Assembly: GCF_006345805.1 (NCBI RefSeq)
Contig: NC_043001.1
Span: 53,196,001-53,260,000 of the forward strand
Origin: Octopus sinensis
Lineage: Eukaryota
Direction of reading: 5' to 3'
DNA length: 64,000 nt
The translations under genes were made by a program, and so were the position numbers. Positions 14,330 to 28,110 of this stretch are shown piece after piece. Below the pieces are notes generated by a model, which was not told the origin of the DNA, searched no databases, and worked only from the letters and a program-made list of their open reading frames with translations. The stretch's first letter is position 1. Every line of letters begins with the position of its first letter.

Positions 14330-14530
14330 TACCAGCCTCCCCTCTCCACATTCAAGGCAAAGCAAAGGTCGATACAGCTCGGCACCAAGTGACGTTGCAT
14401 CTCATTTCTACAGCTGAGTGAATTGGAGCAACGGGAAATAGTGTCTTGCTCAAGAATCCAATACACATCCCGGTCAGGGTATCGAAATCACTATCTCATG
14501 AGCCCGACCCTCTAACAACTGAGCTATGAC
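14330..14530 (-). mobile_element. tRNA-derived CORE-like SINE
   Basis: Minus strand: catagctcagttgttagagggtc...ttcgataccctgaccggg (A/B boxes), then cttgagcaagacact...gctccaattcactcagctgtagaaatgag. Confidence 0.6.
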
Positions 14531-16032
14531 TAAACCATATACAACAACATACACAACCACTGATCCATATACAACAAGCATTATAATTACAAACCATATA
14601 CACCAAGCAGTATAAATATAGAGCAAACGTTCATCTAAAATCGTTAAAGTTGAGAAGATGGGATAAGTGAGAAGACCCGTTATAAGAAAATGGTCCTAGA
14701 ACAACTATATGGCTAACATTTCTACATAAAATTCAAATCCGGTACAGATAAACTTAGAATAAAGAAAATCGCTCAATTAATTGTAAGAACACCATAATGG
14801 CTTAAAGAATATTCACGTAATATATCTATTATGCTTCAATTGTGTCAGTCAACTGACTGTGGCTATAATGCGGCACTGCTTTGATACTGAGGAACTGCCA
14901 GATTTCTCAAACTTTCTGACTGAGAATTCATGTGACATAATCGTGAAACGAAAGTGCAAAATGATCTGTAGTTTCATCAAAGATAATAAAGACTAATGTT
15001 TTAGAAAGCATAATTGTAGAGACGATTTTAAATAGTCTCAACGTAAACAGCTTCTACAAAAATATCCGACGTCGGTTAGTATTATAAGCATTAACGGTGT
15101 GGATTAAAAAATACCCACGATGTTTTCAGGAGAGGTTCCCCAAAACATTTATAATTGATAAATTACGATTGGCAATAGAAAACAATTACAGATTACAGTA
15201 AAGGGATATCTTGTATAAAAAAAAATATTATGCCCATTTCCTGAATTAATTTTCATCAATATTTCCAATGCTATTTGATATGAAAATGGAAAAAGTATCC
15301 TGATGACTACCTTATATTTTTGCACAAAAGAAGGAAAACATTTAGAAGATTACTTGAATTAATAGATAGCATTTATGAAGTGGTCCGGGTTCATTATGGA
15401 AATGAATAAAAGGGGACCTCCTTTTTACACAACCTGGTAATAAAAGAAAATGAAACGACTGTAACAGATATCCACTGTAAAGATACAAAGACATATTAAT
15501 ATGCATGCTAATGCAATCACACCAAATGAAGGTTAAACTATAACACTTACTGCATCACATATCCAAACGGCAGAGAGAATTATTTAGGTCGAACGCGATC
15601 AAACTTAAAAGTGTCTTGTATGAGTATATAAACAAGAAATTCAATATTATCCCTTAGGAATGTTCCATGTAGTAAATATCTAGACAATAATGCAAATAAG
15701 TAATTCAAAATACATATTATGTCCAACGTATAATAATTAAAGGTCTACGAAGGGCAAATGGAGAATAATTAATGATAATTCTATATCTGACTCTAAACCA
15801 GAAATAGCCAAATACAACAGCACAAAAATTATTTTCTCAATACAAATTAACGCCTGGCACGTGTTTGCAAAATTTACTGACCAAAGCACGTAAGCACAAT
15901 GTGAGAATTTCCTTCGCAAAAGTTTGTGTCAATTTTTCTTTTCTGCAATTTCATTTAGATATTTAATATTTCCAAATATTGTAACTGTAACATATAATCT
16001 ATCTATCTATATATATATATATGTATATATAC

Positions 16033-16114
<82 letters not shown>

Positions 16115-16234
16115 ACAATCAAGGAACGGCCATAATAGGCCATTCACCCACTAGAAATAACAGCCAAAGCTTCAACCGCAAATAAAGATCAATTCCGTAA
16201 ACAGGAGAAAATTTAAAAAAACATTTACCCTGTA

Positions 16235-16341
16235 ATTTCTTGTACGATGCACCGTTTCGTCTGCTGTTTAATGGTAAACTAACCTGATTAAATTAAATCA
16301 AGCCAATCTTCCATAGGCCCTCAGATTCTTCAGCAAGAAAT
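16235..16341 (-). ncRNA. Type I hammerhead ribozyme, family C (mirror copy)
   Basis: Exact reverse complement of 16410-16516. Confidence 0.8.
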
Positions 16342-16409
16342 AGCCAAGTCGGAACAGATATTTTCACGAGGCATTTCCGACCCTGCCAAATATCTGTTCC
16401 GACTTGGCT

Positions 16410-16516
16410 ATTTCTTGCTGAAGAATCTGAGGGCCTATGGAAGATTGGCTTGATTTAATTTAATCAGGTTAGTTTACCATTAAACAGCAGACGAAACGGT
16501 GCATCGTACAAGAAAT
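16410..16516 (+). ncRNA. Type I hammerhead ribozyme, family C
   Basis: ATTTCTTG-CTGAAGA-ATCTG...CAGAC-GAAA-CG GTGCAT CG-T-A-CAAGAAAT. Stem I is 8 bp, the triplet is GUA, and 10.1-11.1 is an A.C mismatch. Confidence 0.8.
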
Positions 16517-16739
16517 TACAGGGTAAATGTTTTTTTAAATTTTCTCCTGTTTACGGAATTGATCTTTATTTGCGGTTGAAGCTTTGGCTGTTATTTCTAG
16601 TGGGTGAATGGCCTATTATGGCCGTTCCTTGATTGTTGATGTTGAACTTAAAAATGGTCTATGACTATTTAATTTTTTCCCACTAGGCCGCTGGTGGCAA
16701 AAAGAATTCTACAAAATTTTTTTCACCACCCTATATTGA

Positions 16740-16798
<59 letters not shown>

Positions 16799-16805
<7 letters not shown>

Positions 16806-18698
16806 AAAGGGCTTAGTAAAATAAATTACTTTGCCGCATACTGAACTCATTAGAAATAGCAGCTAAAAAAACTTTTTTAAAACTATTTCTAATACTTAAA
16901 GAAAACCTCTCTCATATAGTGTTTGCTCAACTCAACTCACGCAAATATGGGGGTAGAGACATTAAAAAATCAAGTGCAAAGGTTATTTGAGAACGTACGG
17001 TTCAAGATTAGTCAAAGTCGACATTTCTATCATCAGCTCAGAACTCCCTGGTTTGGATTTGAAAACACTGAAAGTGGGAGCATACCCTTTCGGCTTCCTC
17101 TCGCTTCTGAAGATCTGCTCGTAACTAACAGTGCCAACAAACTCAAAAATGCAAGCGAAGAATTTCTGCTCTCCCCTTTCCACCAGCGTGGGTTAAAATC
17201 AGTAAACACTATGCTTTTTTCGGTAAAATCCGCGGCATTATATAGAGAGAGATGAATTATAATTTCAACAATTGAGGGTAAAATTAATTAATTAATCAAT
17301 TTCACCAAGTATTCAGTATACAAAGGGACCATTTAAGGCGAATTCAAATTATTACATTATATAAAAGGGCTTAGTAAAATAAATTACTTTGCCGCATACT
17401 GAACTCATTAGAAAAAGCAGCTAAAAAAACTTTTTTAAAACTATTTCTAATACTTAAAGAAAACCTCTCTCATATAGTGTTTGCTCAACTCAACTCACGC
17501 AAATATGGGGGTAGAGACATTAAAAAATCAAGTGCAAAGGTTATTTGAGAACGTACGGTTCAAGATTAGTCAAAGTCGACATTTCTATCATCAGCTCAGA
17601 ACTCCCTGGTTTGGATTTGAAAACACTGAAAGTGGGAGCATACCCTTTCGGCTTCCTCTCGCTTCTGAAGATCTGCTCGTAACTAACAGTGCCAACAACT
17701 CAAAAATGCAAGCGAAGAATTTCTGCTCTCCCCTTTCCACCAGCGTGGGTTAAAATCAGTAAACACTATGCTTTTTTCGGTAAAATCCGCGGCATTATAT
17801 AGAGAGAGATGAATTATAATTTCAACAATTGAGGGTAAAATTAATTAATTAATCAATTTCACCAAGTATTCAGTATACAAAGGGACCATTTAAGGCGAAT
17901 TCAAATTATTACATTATATAAAAGGGCTTAGTAAAATAAATTACTTTGCCGCATACTGAACTCATTAGAAAAAGCAGCTAAAAAAACTTTTTTAAAACTA
18001 TTTCTAATACTTAAAGAAAACCTCTCTCATATAGTGTTTGCTCAACTCAACTCACGCAAATATGAGGGTAGAGACATTAAAATATCAAGTGCAATGGTTA
18101 TTTGAGAACGTACGTTTCAAGATTAGTCAAAGTCGACATTTCTATCATCAGCTCAGAACTCCCTGGTTTGGACTTGAAAACACTGAAAGTGGGAGCATAC
18201 CCTTTCGGCTTCCTCTCGCTTCTGAAGATCTGCTCGTAACTAACCGTGCCAACAAACTCAAAAATGCAAGCGAAGAATTTCTGCTCTCCCCTATATATAG
18301 CGAGAGGAAGCCGAAAGGGTATGCTCCCACTTTCAGTGTTTTCAAATCCAAACCAGGGAGTTCTGAGCTGATGATAGAAATGTCGACTTTGACTAATCTT
18401 GAAACGTACGTTCTCAAATAACCTTTGCACTTGATTTTTTAATGTCTCTACCCCCATATTTGCGTGAGTTGAGTTGAGCAAACACTATATGAGAGAGGTT
18501 TTCTTTAAGTATTAGAAATAGTTTTAAAAAAGTTTTTTTAGCTGCTATTTCTAATGAGTTCAGTATGCGGCAAAGTAATTTATTTTACTAAGCCCTTTTA
18601 TATAATGTAATAATTTGAATTCGCCTTAAATGGTCCCTTTGCATACTGAATACTTGGTGAAATTGATTAATTAATTAATTTTACCCTCAATTGTTGAA

Positions 18699-18700
<2 letters not shown>
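16799..18700. mobile_element. Retrozyme-like array 1 (family D1): ~2.7 units of 557-558 bp (ribozyme on minus) joined head-to-head to a ~0.7 unit (ribozyme on plus)
   Basis: Ribozyme copies at 16988-17040, 17546-17598 and 18103-18155 (-) and 18364-18416 (+). Inversion junction at 18292-18299; (TA)n at both ends. Confidence 0.9.
18364..18416 (+). ncRNA. Minimal type I hammerhead ribozyme, family D1
   Basis: TGAG-CTGATGA-TAGA..GTCG ACTT TGAC..TCTT-GAAA-C GTAC G-T-T-CTCA, with palindromic stem III ACGTACGT. The copies at 16988 and 17546 carry GAAC instead of GAAA. Confidence 0.75.
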
Positions 18701-18733
<33 letters not shown>

Positions 18734-18967
18734 ATATATACAGAGAGAGAGAGAGAGAGAAAGAAAGAAAGAGAGACAGACAGAGAGAAAGGGTTAACAT
18801 GTGTATACAAGGAAATCGCTATTAGTAGTGCTCAATATTTTCGAGCATAAGCACCGAAATCTTTACCGACGACAAAGAATGTGTATAAGGAGAATATATG
18901 TCAGCAGATATTGACACAATGTTGCAAAAAAGGGAGATAAAACTCCTTGGGTTTGATGTACAATGTA

Positions 18968-19008
<41 letters not shown>

Positions 19009-19134
19009 TATATAATATATATATATATATACATACATATATATACACATTTATATTTGAGTATTAAAGATCTGAAACTTAGCAGTCGTTGCCTTTTCCT
19101 TATTTACATGTACACAGGTATGCATATATATATA

Positions 19135-19224
<90 letters not shown>

Positions 19225-19235
19225 TATATATATAT

Positions 19236-19427
19236 AAGTAAATAAATGGTAAAACGAGGCACCGATATTTACTGGAAAATACCAATCGTAATAAATACGA
19301 CGCTATTGTATAGCTTCACTGCGTATATACTAGCAAAGACGCGTGTGTGCAACAAACATGAAAAAAATTTGTCTTGCCTCTAGGAAGAACATCTGAAAAA
19401 TGGAAAACCTAGAATCGGATAATGCAG
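19236..19427 (-). mobile_element. Family G tail fragment, 5'-truncated exactly at the predicted ribozyme cleavage site
   Basis: Homologous to 42392-42579. On the minus strand it begins CTGCATTATCCG, the first base after GTC in the ribozyme at 42755-42827. Confidence 0.8.
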
Positions 19428-19435
19428 TAAATATG

Positions 19436-19487
<52 letters not shown>

Positions 19488-19699
19488 TAGATATAGATAT
19501 ATATATACATACGTGTATACATATAAATAAGGAAAAGGCAACGACTGCGAAGTTTCAGATCAAGTATAAATATGTATATATATTTATATATTAAAGAGCG
19601 AACTAACCTAAATTACAGACACTCCAAAATTAGATGGAAGAAGGTATGAGTGTCACATGTCCGACAGCACAGATTCTGAGGGCCTGGAGTTAATTCACA

Positions 19700-22040
19700 A
19701 TTTTTGCAGACGTAGTTCACCAAAAGTCCCAACAAATAATGGAAGCAAACAAATATTGGAAAAACTTAGCCTCGTCCTTAATGTTGAAGAAATAAGAACC
19801 TGAGGTATCAGGTTATAATGCAGTGAAATTTAATGGTAGAATGGGTGCAGTGGACGACAAGCAACAAACAATGTTAGGAGTGGTAGGTGACTCAATGGGA
19901 GTGCGGGGTGTGTTAGAGCAAGGAAAGGGAGAGATAAGAGAGTCAGATCAAGAAGATGGAAGTGATGAATGAACAAGTTAGTGAGAGAATTAGTAATGGC
20001 AGTGGTAAATTGGAATATAAATTGGATGAGTAGTACAGGTGATATTTGAAGGAAGGTCGACTTTTTGGGGTTTATGAATAGATGTTAAAATTTAGTACGC
20101 TGAGGCTATAGAATTAAGGGAAGCTGAGATAGTGACACCAAGGAGGAATGAGTATTAAGAGAGGGAAAGAATTCAGTTAAATTCTCTAAGTATACAAACG
20201 AAGAGGTAATTTAAAGAATGAAGGTGGATTGATGGCAGAGAGAGACCTGAGGTATGTAGAAGTGATTGAAAGTAAATAAAGGGAAGTGAACAGAGAGGGT
20301 GAGATGAATAGATATATAGGTAGCGATGGTAGTGGTAATTGGAACTAAGTAGTTTTAGTTCAAGAGGCAAGAAAATGGGGCAAGAAATGAGGATGGGATG
20401 GCTGTAAGGGAGGATGTACTGAGTAGAATGAATTTGCAAAAGTAATATTAAGAATAAATATTTAGTAGAAAGCTTTATGTTATTAGTGCATTATATTGTA
20501 ATTTAAGGTTGATTATAATTAAGGTTATTCGTAATAAGGAAATTACATAGATTGAAGAAAATAGACAAACGATAAATACAGCCTGGATTAACATGAACAG
20601 ATTGCATCTGTGAATTTATTAAGTTGTTACGAAGGATGCTGAGAGATTCCCTTCAATGCGGTTTTAAAAAGCCAGGGTTAGCGTTGTAAAGGGAAGCCTC
20701 ACTGACGATAGGCCAGGATAGAGTATAGGGAATGTTTTGGAATTTTAGGGTGTGTATACAAGTTGCTGAAAGAGTAGGTAATTTATAAGTTGGATTGGAG
20801 AAAGTTTGCGTGTGTACTCGAGAGTGACGCTTGAAATCAATAGTGCCACCGATTTAAACCCATCCTTGGTGGGAACATGGTGTTACTACTCGATATTTGT
20901 AGACTACATTTTTGTGTAGACAGAAACCTCCAAGAGGGCAGGATTGGGTCACCCACCAATTACAGGTTTTCTGCATGCAATTGATCGCTGGGATGATCAG
21001 GTCCGAATAGCCCGTTACCAAGAAGGAGGAGCGAGAGGTATTATCAATATCAGTGTCGGTTTTTGAGACGGTATGACGGCTGCTACATGTGCTCATATGG
21101 ACAGTGTTACGGGCAGTAACATTAAGGTTGGCATTTCTGAGTGGAATAGGGTTGCTATGAGGTGAATTATTGCAACTTGGTGAGCTGTATGGGTTTGTGG
21201 GATAGATTGTAATGTCCAGGAGTAGCTGATGCAATTTGTGTCTATTAAAGGGAGCAATTATAGATCCTAAATTAGGTGTAATGAAGTAGATTTTGATAGA
21301 TGATCGCGGTGGCATTTCTTCAAGGTCTTGCTTAGATCAAAAGTGAGTGAATTCGTTTGATATGGCCGGTTTGCTGTGGTTGATCGAGATTGTTTGTTAA
21401 ATTGATAAGATTTTTGTTTAATTCAGTCAATTGTAAGCTTCTTTATTTCATTCGAAGATTTATAAAAGTTTCAATTCTTTGGATTCATTTCATAATTTAT
21501 ATGGCTTATATACCTCCTTATAAAAAGAGGTATAGAAGTTATTTCAAGCATCCTGCATTTTCTGCCACTGCGAAAAGTATGTTGTTCGGTATTTAAGTGT
21601 CCGTGCTTTTATCTAATCCTCCTATCAAAAATTCTTTAAATTTATCTATGTCGGAACACACTCCTAAAACATAGATATTTAAAATATCACCGAAGCGATT
21701 CAGAAGCTGTGTTAGGTAGTTCCTACCAATACAAAAGTCATACTAGAGAGGAATTGGAAGATGGCGTCATGGTGGCAGTTCACTAAGTGTACTGATAGTT
21801 ATGGCAGGGTGGATATTTTGGGGATTTATCTCAACCAGGGTAAACGGCATCAGAAACATCATGCTCATTGAAACACTCAATATAGCTTGTATATTTTTGC
21901 TACCACTGTAAAGTTTGATGTATTGGTGAATATATAGGCGGATGAAAATGTCGTCCCATAAAAAGAACACCTTGAATAAATAGGTCATTTTCATGTCATA
22001 AACCATTTTTTGTTTGCTTGTTTTAGTTTGATTTTCGTGT
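19700..22040 (-). mobile_element. Penelope-like element remnant (RT motif C region, GIY-YIG, 3' tail)
   Basis: FLWDDIFI (ORF 21767-22006); CPLGGFCLHKNVVYKYRV (ORF 20854-21315); then, by manual translation, IGGTIDFKRHSRVHTQTFSNPTYKLPTLS...LKFQNIPYTLSWPIV. Confidence 0.75.
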
Positions 22041-24624
22041 CAGTTGTTGATCGATCGATGAAAAGAGTAATAAAATAATTTGTTGAAGAAACACTTAAAC
22101 AAGTTACATGTGTGCCTACATTAGAGAAAGCCAATCAAGCATAGTCAATTTATTCCCGTTACGTGAATTCTAGACATCGGAATTGTCCATACTGATATGG
22201 CATTATGTAGTGATATCCGTGAAATGACATACTTCGATTTATTTATTGATTTACGACTTTATAGTTTTCCTGTATGAAATTATCCGGAGAGAAGTGTATT
22301 TTCTTAGTGTGTTAAAATAGAAGAATGCAATTCGTGGTTGAGAGTTGTTTTGCAAAAGAACTTCTTTGTGCAAGAACAAACAAAAGTATTTGTTGTTCGA
22401 GTATACAGAATATAGACATTATTTCTTTTCTTATTTCTACAAATATTGAGGATGACAATTGTCATTCAGTTGCTTTTTAAGCTGAGGATTTATTTGTTTG
22501 TTAGCATGTGTTCGTATGCTTGAGCTTAGAAAAATGGATAACTGTTTGCTTTTAGACATCGAAAGTTTGCATTTGAAATATTCTATTGTCATGTATTTGT
22601 CTCTCTCCCTCTCTTAGTAAATATATATATTATGTGTGTGTGTGTGTGTGTGCGTGTGTGTGTGTGTGTGTGTATCTTCATGTGTGTGTGTCTGTGCCTC
22701 TGTGTGTGTATAAGCGCGCGTATATCTCTGCATGTATGTGTGAGTGTGACGTATGCTCGAACTGTTAGATATACTAACGGAAGTTCACGTATATTATTCT
22801 CAAGAAATCTTTCAAGAGAGGAAGAACACACCGAATCATGTAGTCATAACTTACTAAAGGCATTTTAAATCATAGCTCTGCCAGATCAGAATCGGATTGT
22901 ACAAAATCACTCGTACCTAAGTTTTTAACGCCACTAGAAATAGAATCCAAATCAACATTGGAAGGACCAAGTGGATAATTTCGTCCCTATTCTGTAAGAC
23001 TTGGAAAACATTGCATAAACTGGGGGATATAGCACAACCCATAGAAGACAAATGCGATTATCACGGGTGGAAGTCATTTCGTTACAGATCAGCTCGATCA
23101 CGCTTTACTTCCACAAAAGCAGACACACTGAGCTGTTATGGAACGGCAAGAAATGGAGAGACGAATCTTCTTTAAATGACTCACTACACAGTTTAAAAAG
23201 TAAAAAGTAGTTTCTGTAGTACATGAGTCAGGATAATCAGGCTTATAATCATTTGTTTAGATTTCAGCAGTTAATACTAAACTTAGGCTGAAGAACAAAA
23301 ACGAAATTAACATCTAAGGTGTATAATGTTTTACTAATAATAGCAGTAATATCTCCTAAAAATCTCGATGTACCAAAGTGAAAACACAATTTACATTTAA
23401 TTTAATAAGGTGTGATAAAGAACATTCATGTTTGGTTTATTGAGGAATTAACTATCCAGGTATTTTCCCAAACGTAATGCCTTAACCTCCTATAAGGGGA
23501 AGATCACAATGTATGAAAATCAATAATAAAGCTCTCTCTCTGAGATAAGATAGTCGTGCTTGAATGCAGGTGTTTTTGTATCTATGTGTGTATCTATATA
23601 TTTTAGTTCGTGCATATTTATGCATATATGTAAGTATGCGTCTGCGTGAGTGTGTTATTTTATATTGCAATTGCAGGAGAGTATCAGAATCACATTTCTG
23701 CTTGATTCCCACGGTTCCTTGAGGCAATATAAGCCAAATGCGTCTAGTCGATTCTTCTTTGTGTCGAAACTAGAATATCCTGTTTGAGAAGGATGGGGAA
23801 AACATTATTTATTTCTAACAGGATACTTGATAACATCCTCACTGTTACTAATATGAAAAACTGGAATATCTCTCACCCTCTATTTCCCTTTGTCTCTCTC
23901 ACTCTCTTTCTGGTACAATCAAATATGTAATGAATCTGATTCTGTATGAAAATGGCAATCAACTTGAAGTGCCATACTTTTACAACCATTATATTTTGAC
24001 ACTTCTTTTCTTACAACTGATCCATTTCATATTTAACTACAGTCGTTTGAGATTGAGAAGTACACATTGTGATACAGTCGTTATTACGTTGGTCCGTTTA
24101 TCACTAAGTTTCAACCTTCCACAATTCTGTTGATACTGACTTGCATTAGATATCTGAGAGACGTGCAGCATTACGAACAAAATATCTAATAACGAAATGT
24201 CGTGTCAATTTCTTGGGCGACTCTAATCTTTTAGGAACATATAAATGCAAGTTATTGGTAATCGGAAATAGTTTACCTCCAAGGATTTCAAAAGTATGAT
24301 GTACAAGAAATGGATTACAGCATGTGATCCGAACGGAGGATACGAGGAAGCTGATGGTGTGTTCCACGGTGAGTTGAAGTGTGGAAGACCAAGAAGAGAA
24401 TTAATAAAATTCTTTATAGGGATGTCATCGAGCAATATCTCAATGAATTGGGGTCTTCTATCTTAAAGAGAGCGACTGGTCTCATGAAAAGGAAAATCAG
24501 TGGTGGGTTATAAAATAAAACTAAAAAGCACGAAATCAAGTTTGAGAACATTGAAATAGGTTTTTCAGTATGCACCCAAAATTACTTACACACACACATA
24601 CACATACACACAACACACACACAT

Positions 24625-24734
<110 letters not shown>

Positions 24735-24880
24735 TTGTGTCTGGGGAGAGTCATTTTCTTTTTGTGCCTTATAATTATTTAAGACACTCACCGGTAAAAA
24801 TTCCACTTATTTTTACTTTTATTTTCTTGAAAGTTTCGTTCCGTCTAGCAACATTTTCAATGGTCTCGACTCTTGAGAGT

Positions 24881-24937
<57 letters not shown>

Positions 24938-26149
24938 ATATATATATATATACATTTCTTTAGAAAGAAATATTTTGATATTGCGTTCAAATATTTCAAA
25001 GATATTTTGGAATATGTTTTTCTTAACTTTATTTTTATCCTCCGTGTGTGATTCTTATTGTGGCCTAAAGTTGAGCAACTCAGGAAAAAGCCAAGAAATT
25101 AGTATCCCAACTAGTATTTGCGCTAACGTCATACCAATGAAAACTTTTCTGTAGGTGGCTATGTGACAAAAGAATGTGATTAATTTCCTTTTTATTTTTC
25201 TGATTTCAATTTCTTACCAAGAAGTAAGAATTTATATATCTATCTTTTTTCGCATATTGTTAACATTTATAAATATGAAGACTGTTTGTTTCATTATCTA
25301 ATGCATTTGCAATACAGGCACAAGAATTTCAGTGCCGTTCATCAGTTCAGACAAACTAAAAAAAGGTAGAGAAACAAGGCTTCGTATATTGCTTTTCCAG
25401 AGAGAGGGAGAGAGAGAAGGGGGGTAGAGAGACAGAGGGGGGAAGAGAGGGAGAGAGGTAGAGAGAGAGAGAGAGAGGGAGAGAGAGACAGACCGATAGA
25501 GAAATGATTTTAAATGATAGTATTCCTCATACCTTAGAATAAAATACGAAACTGATTATGCAATTATTTTATATGGCAAAATAAGACGTTCGAAAATATC
25601 ATTTTTATCTCCCTTGATTTTGAAATATATAGTTTTCGTGCATATTTGTGTAACTGAAAGCGAATTGCATAAAACATGATTCTCATATTCAATTTCGGCT
25701 ATGATCAATAGCTCTAGGCTTTAGCAGTAAAATAATTAAGTACGGCTAAACCTTTTAGTTTAAACTAATTTGTATGTAGCAGTTGCCATAGTTCATCCTC
25801 TTACTCCTTCTCAGCATAAAGTAATATTATATTTTCTTCTGCTTACTTCACAATTCATTTAGTTCTCTTATAAGGCAATGCATTCCTTCTCTGCTAGAAA
25901 AATGCATAATATTCTAAAGTGCGACGGTTTGAAGAATTGTAGAGATTGTCGATTGAATATAAAATGATACTAATTACTAATTTCCATCACAAGTTTTAAA
26001 AAATACATTTCCCATATGGTTCTATTACCTAAATAAAAGAATAGAAGCAATTTTCACATGAAACTTCCACCAACATTATCATCATCATCTTCAACATCGT
26101 TGTTATCGTTTTCCTTATCATCAACGTCATCATCTTCTTTATTTTCTTC

Positions 26150-26170
26150 TTCTTCTTCTTATTATTATTA

Positions 26171-26226
<56 letters not shown>

Positions 26227-26349
26227 GTTGTTGTTGTTGTTGTTGTTATTATTATTATTGTTGTTGTTGTTATTATTATTATTATTAATATTATTATTAT
26301 TATATTATTATTATTATTATTATTATTAGTAGTAGTAGTAGTAGTAGTA

Positions 26350-26390
<41 letters not shown>

Positions 26391-26400
26391 TCATCACCAT
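26150..26400. repeat. Compound (ATT)n/(GTT)n/(AGT)n microsatellite
   Basis: Seen directly. Confidence 0.95.
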
Positions 26401-26416
26401 CATTATCATTTTAACG

Positions 26417-26615
26417 TGGCTAGCTGGCAGAATCGTTACCAAACCAGCGGTATTTCCTCTGTTTTTACGTTCTGAGTTCAAATTCCGCCGAGGTCGACTT
26501 GCCTTTCATCCTTCTGGGGTCGATAAGTTGAGTACCAGTGAAACACTGGGGTTGATATAATCGACTAGATCCCACCCCATTAATTTGATGCCTTCTGCCT
26601 CCAGTAAAAAGTATT
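26417..26615 (+). mobile_element. Octopus-type tRNA-derived SINE
   Basis: gctggcagaatcgtta...gagttcaaattccgccgaggtcgacttgcctttcatcc...gtcgataag...; B-box-like GAGTTCAAATT. Confidence 0.8.
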
Positions 26616-27132
26616 ATTATTATTACTGAGTGAGCGAGCAGAGCATGCCATCAAAGTGACACTGGAGTTAAATATACGAAACCCAGTATGCCCAGCATGA
26701 CTACACGTCTGACAAGGGTACACGAGGCACATGCATCATAACCATATGTGCGTAACATAGTGATATCAATTCAAGATAAACAGCGCATGGAGTAACCCAT
26801 CCCGCTCAAAAGGTTCTTGAATAAGAGTTGTTTAAGGATGTTCATCGAAGGACCCATGTTTCCAAAGGTGAATTATGCAAACCTCAAAGGATTCTTTTTA
26901 CCACACACCTAAGATGCTCCCCTCCCGCAACTACTTTTGTTCATGATCAGAGATGCACAAATCGTCAGTCACTAAGTGACATGGTCAACAGGTTAAGGTG
27001 AAACAACTGACAAGCAAATCTGTCGTCTCGAGCAGAATATTTGTTGTAGCGTATCCTTTATACCAAGACAACACAATGTACATGATAACACTTCCAATCA
27101 GTTAAGATCAGAAATTATTTTATTTATTATTA

Positions 27133-27190
<58 letters not shown>

Positions 27191-27404
27191 GTTATTATTG
27201 TTATTATTATTATTATTCTTCCATTTGTTGTTGTTGTTGTTATTTCTTCTTATTTTCCTCTTATTTTTCTTCACTGCCATGTTTACTGGAGTTTGTAACA
27301 TGACATTCTGAAGCACTAGAGTACACAGAATATGATCTCTATCAAGACAATATACCAGTGAATTGTTGATTAACAGCCTACAACAACATTACTTGCATCA
27401 TTGA

Positions 27405-28110
<706 letters not shown>

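Larger units (their letters stand above)
16111..16745. mobile_element. Fold-back hammerhead element (family C): perfect 253-bp inverted repeat, 24-bp spacer and 3' tail, in (TA)n
   Basis: 16111-16363 is the reverse complement of 16388-16640. The plus arm continues to ~16745 and then (TA)n. Confidence 0.9.

Noticed and set aside
15290-15360. CTGATGA...GAAA (and similar hits near 1890, 13085, 23290, 25340, 45965 and 54130)
   Set aside because: Stem I and/or stem II do not pair; consistent with chance motifs in AT-rich DNA.
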